Assembly: GCA_030612025.1 (NCBI GenBank)
Contig: JAUWOR010000002.1
Location: 117,464 to 181,463, forward strand
Reading direction: 5' to 3'
Length of the DNA: 64,000 nt
Source of the DNA: Dehalococcoidia bacterium
GTDB taxonomy: Bacteria; Chloroflexota; Dehalococcoidia; GIF9; AB-539-J10
Shown piece by piece: positions 63,200 through 64,000 of the stretch. The position numbers were made by a program, and so were the translations under genes. The notes beneath the pieces are model-generated. The model ran no database searches. It worked only from the letters and a program-made list of their open reading frames with translations, and was not told where the DNA came from. Every line of letters starts with the position of its first letter. Position 1 is the first letter of the stretch.

Positions 63200-63340
63200 A
63201 GGCTGTTTAATTTTGCCCCAGATTCAAAACTAGATTTGCCTCATTCAGCTTTAATACCCATTCACCCCAAAATTTTCGTAGTGCAACCCTTTAGGGTCGT
63301 GCACGGGGCTAAAGCCCCGCACTACATTTCTAAACACCCT
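63200..63340. mobile_element. 141-bp TIR element, type A cargo
   Basis: AGGCTGTTTAA...CTAAACACCCT; compensatory GGGGC/GCCCC change in the REP stem. Confidence 0.8.
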
Positions 63341-63479
63341 CCACTCTCTCTTGTTGCCATGAGCTAAATTTAAATACTTATAATATATGCATCTAGAATA
63401 CTATGTCAATACTTTGCTATCCATTTATATAATTTTTTCAAATAAATTGAGGCCGTTTTGCCACTCTACATGTAGGCTC

Positions 63480-63735
63480 TGAGCCCTTCGCTTGCTGTCA
63501 TTCTGAGCCTCCCCCTGTCATTCTGAGCGCAGCGAAGAATCCCAGAGACCCTTCACTCCGTTCAGGGTGACAAAGGAAGGTTGTCATTCTGAGGGAGCGA
63601 AGCTACCGAAGAATCTCCTCGTCACTCCATGCAGAGCTTCAGCTCACCCGGATAAGCTCTGCGAAGAATCCCTCACCTAACCTCTCATCTAATGAAGTCT
63701 CTTTTTCCTTACAAGAGAGGAATAAGGTGAGGGTG
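63480..63735. repeat. GTCATTCTGAG and CCCTCACC palindrome cluster
   Basis: Contains free-standing relatives of both repeat-derived segments of uvrA. Confidence 0.8.
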
Positions 63736-63802
63736 ATAAAATAAACACCTCAAATAATTTTGCCTTGACAGCTTGGCCCAGGATGATAAGATAGGAAACA
63801 AT

Positions 63803-64000
63803 TTGAAGTTGTCGCTAATTGCCATAGATGGCCCGGTAGCAGTAGGCAAGAGCAGTGTGGGCTCATTACTAGCTAAAAAACTTGATTATGTTTTCTTTGA
63901 TACTGGCCTTATGTATCGCGCCTTTACCTGGAAAGCACTTAAATTTGGCATTCCGCCTACCAATGAAAAAGAGCTTTCTCAACTAGCTGGTATAACTAAA
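63803..64000 (+). CDS. cmk: Cytidylate kinase, 5' part
   Basis: IAIDGPVAVGKSS, DTGLMYRA; runs off the window. Confidence 0.9.
   Translation, partial: MKLSLIAIDGPVAVGKSSVGSLLAKKLDYVFFDTGLMYRAFTWKALKFGIPPTNEKELSQLAGITK

Overview
A 64 kb stretch of chromosome from an anaerobic bacterium, most likely Dehalococcoidia (Chloroflexota). That assignment is inferred from the stand-alone 23S rRNA gene, translin, ThiD2-ThiE, the pan RNA motif and general gene style; no database search was run. Core genes include aroF, 23S rRNA, tRNA-fMet/Asp/Ser, a pan operon (DUF2520-panD-panB-panC) with a pan RNA attenuator, surE, uvrA, a membrane pyrophosphatase with a candidate Na+ riboswitch, thiE, sucCD and cmk. 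A 20 kb minus-strand carboxylate cluster carries an ABC importer, PrpD, a second CoA ligase with a CitE lyase, malic enzyme, a split Fe-S hydro-lyase, two soluble fumarate-reductase-like pairs and a degenerate ACAD. An accessory amino-acid/2-oxoacid region lies downstream of tRNA-Ser. The intergenic DNA is densely filled with several palindromic repeat families. These include an exactly 141-bp TIR-bounded element whose internal GTAG-REP cargo differs between copies, nested composite elements, and repeat sequence recruited into proteins, most clearly a 48-aa in-frame insert in UvrA. Several small cassettes are bracketed by diverged copies of the end of a neighbouring gene (panC, sucC, tRNA-Met). 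No transposase, integrase, CRISPR array or prophage is visible.
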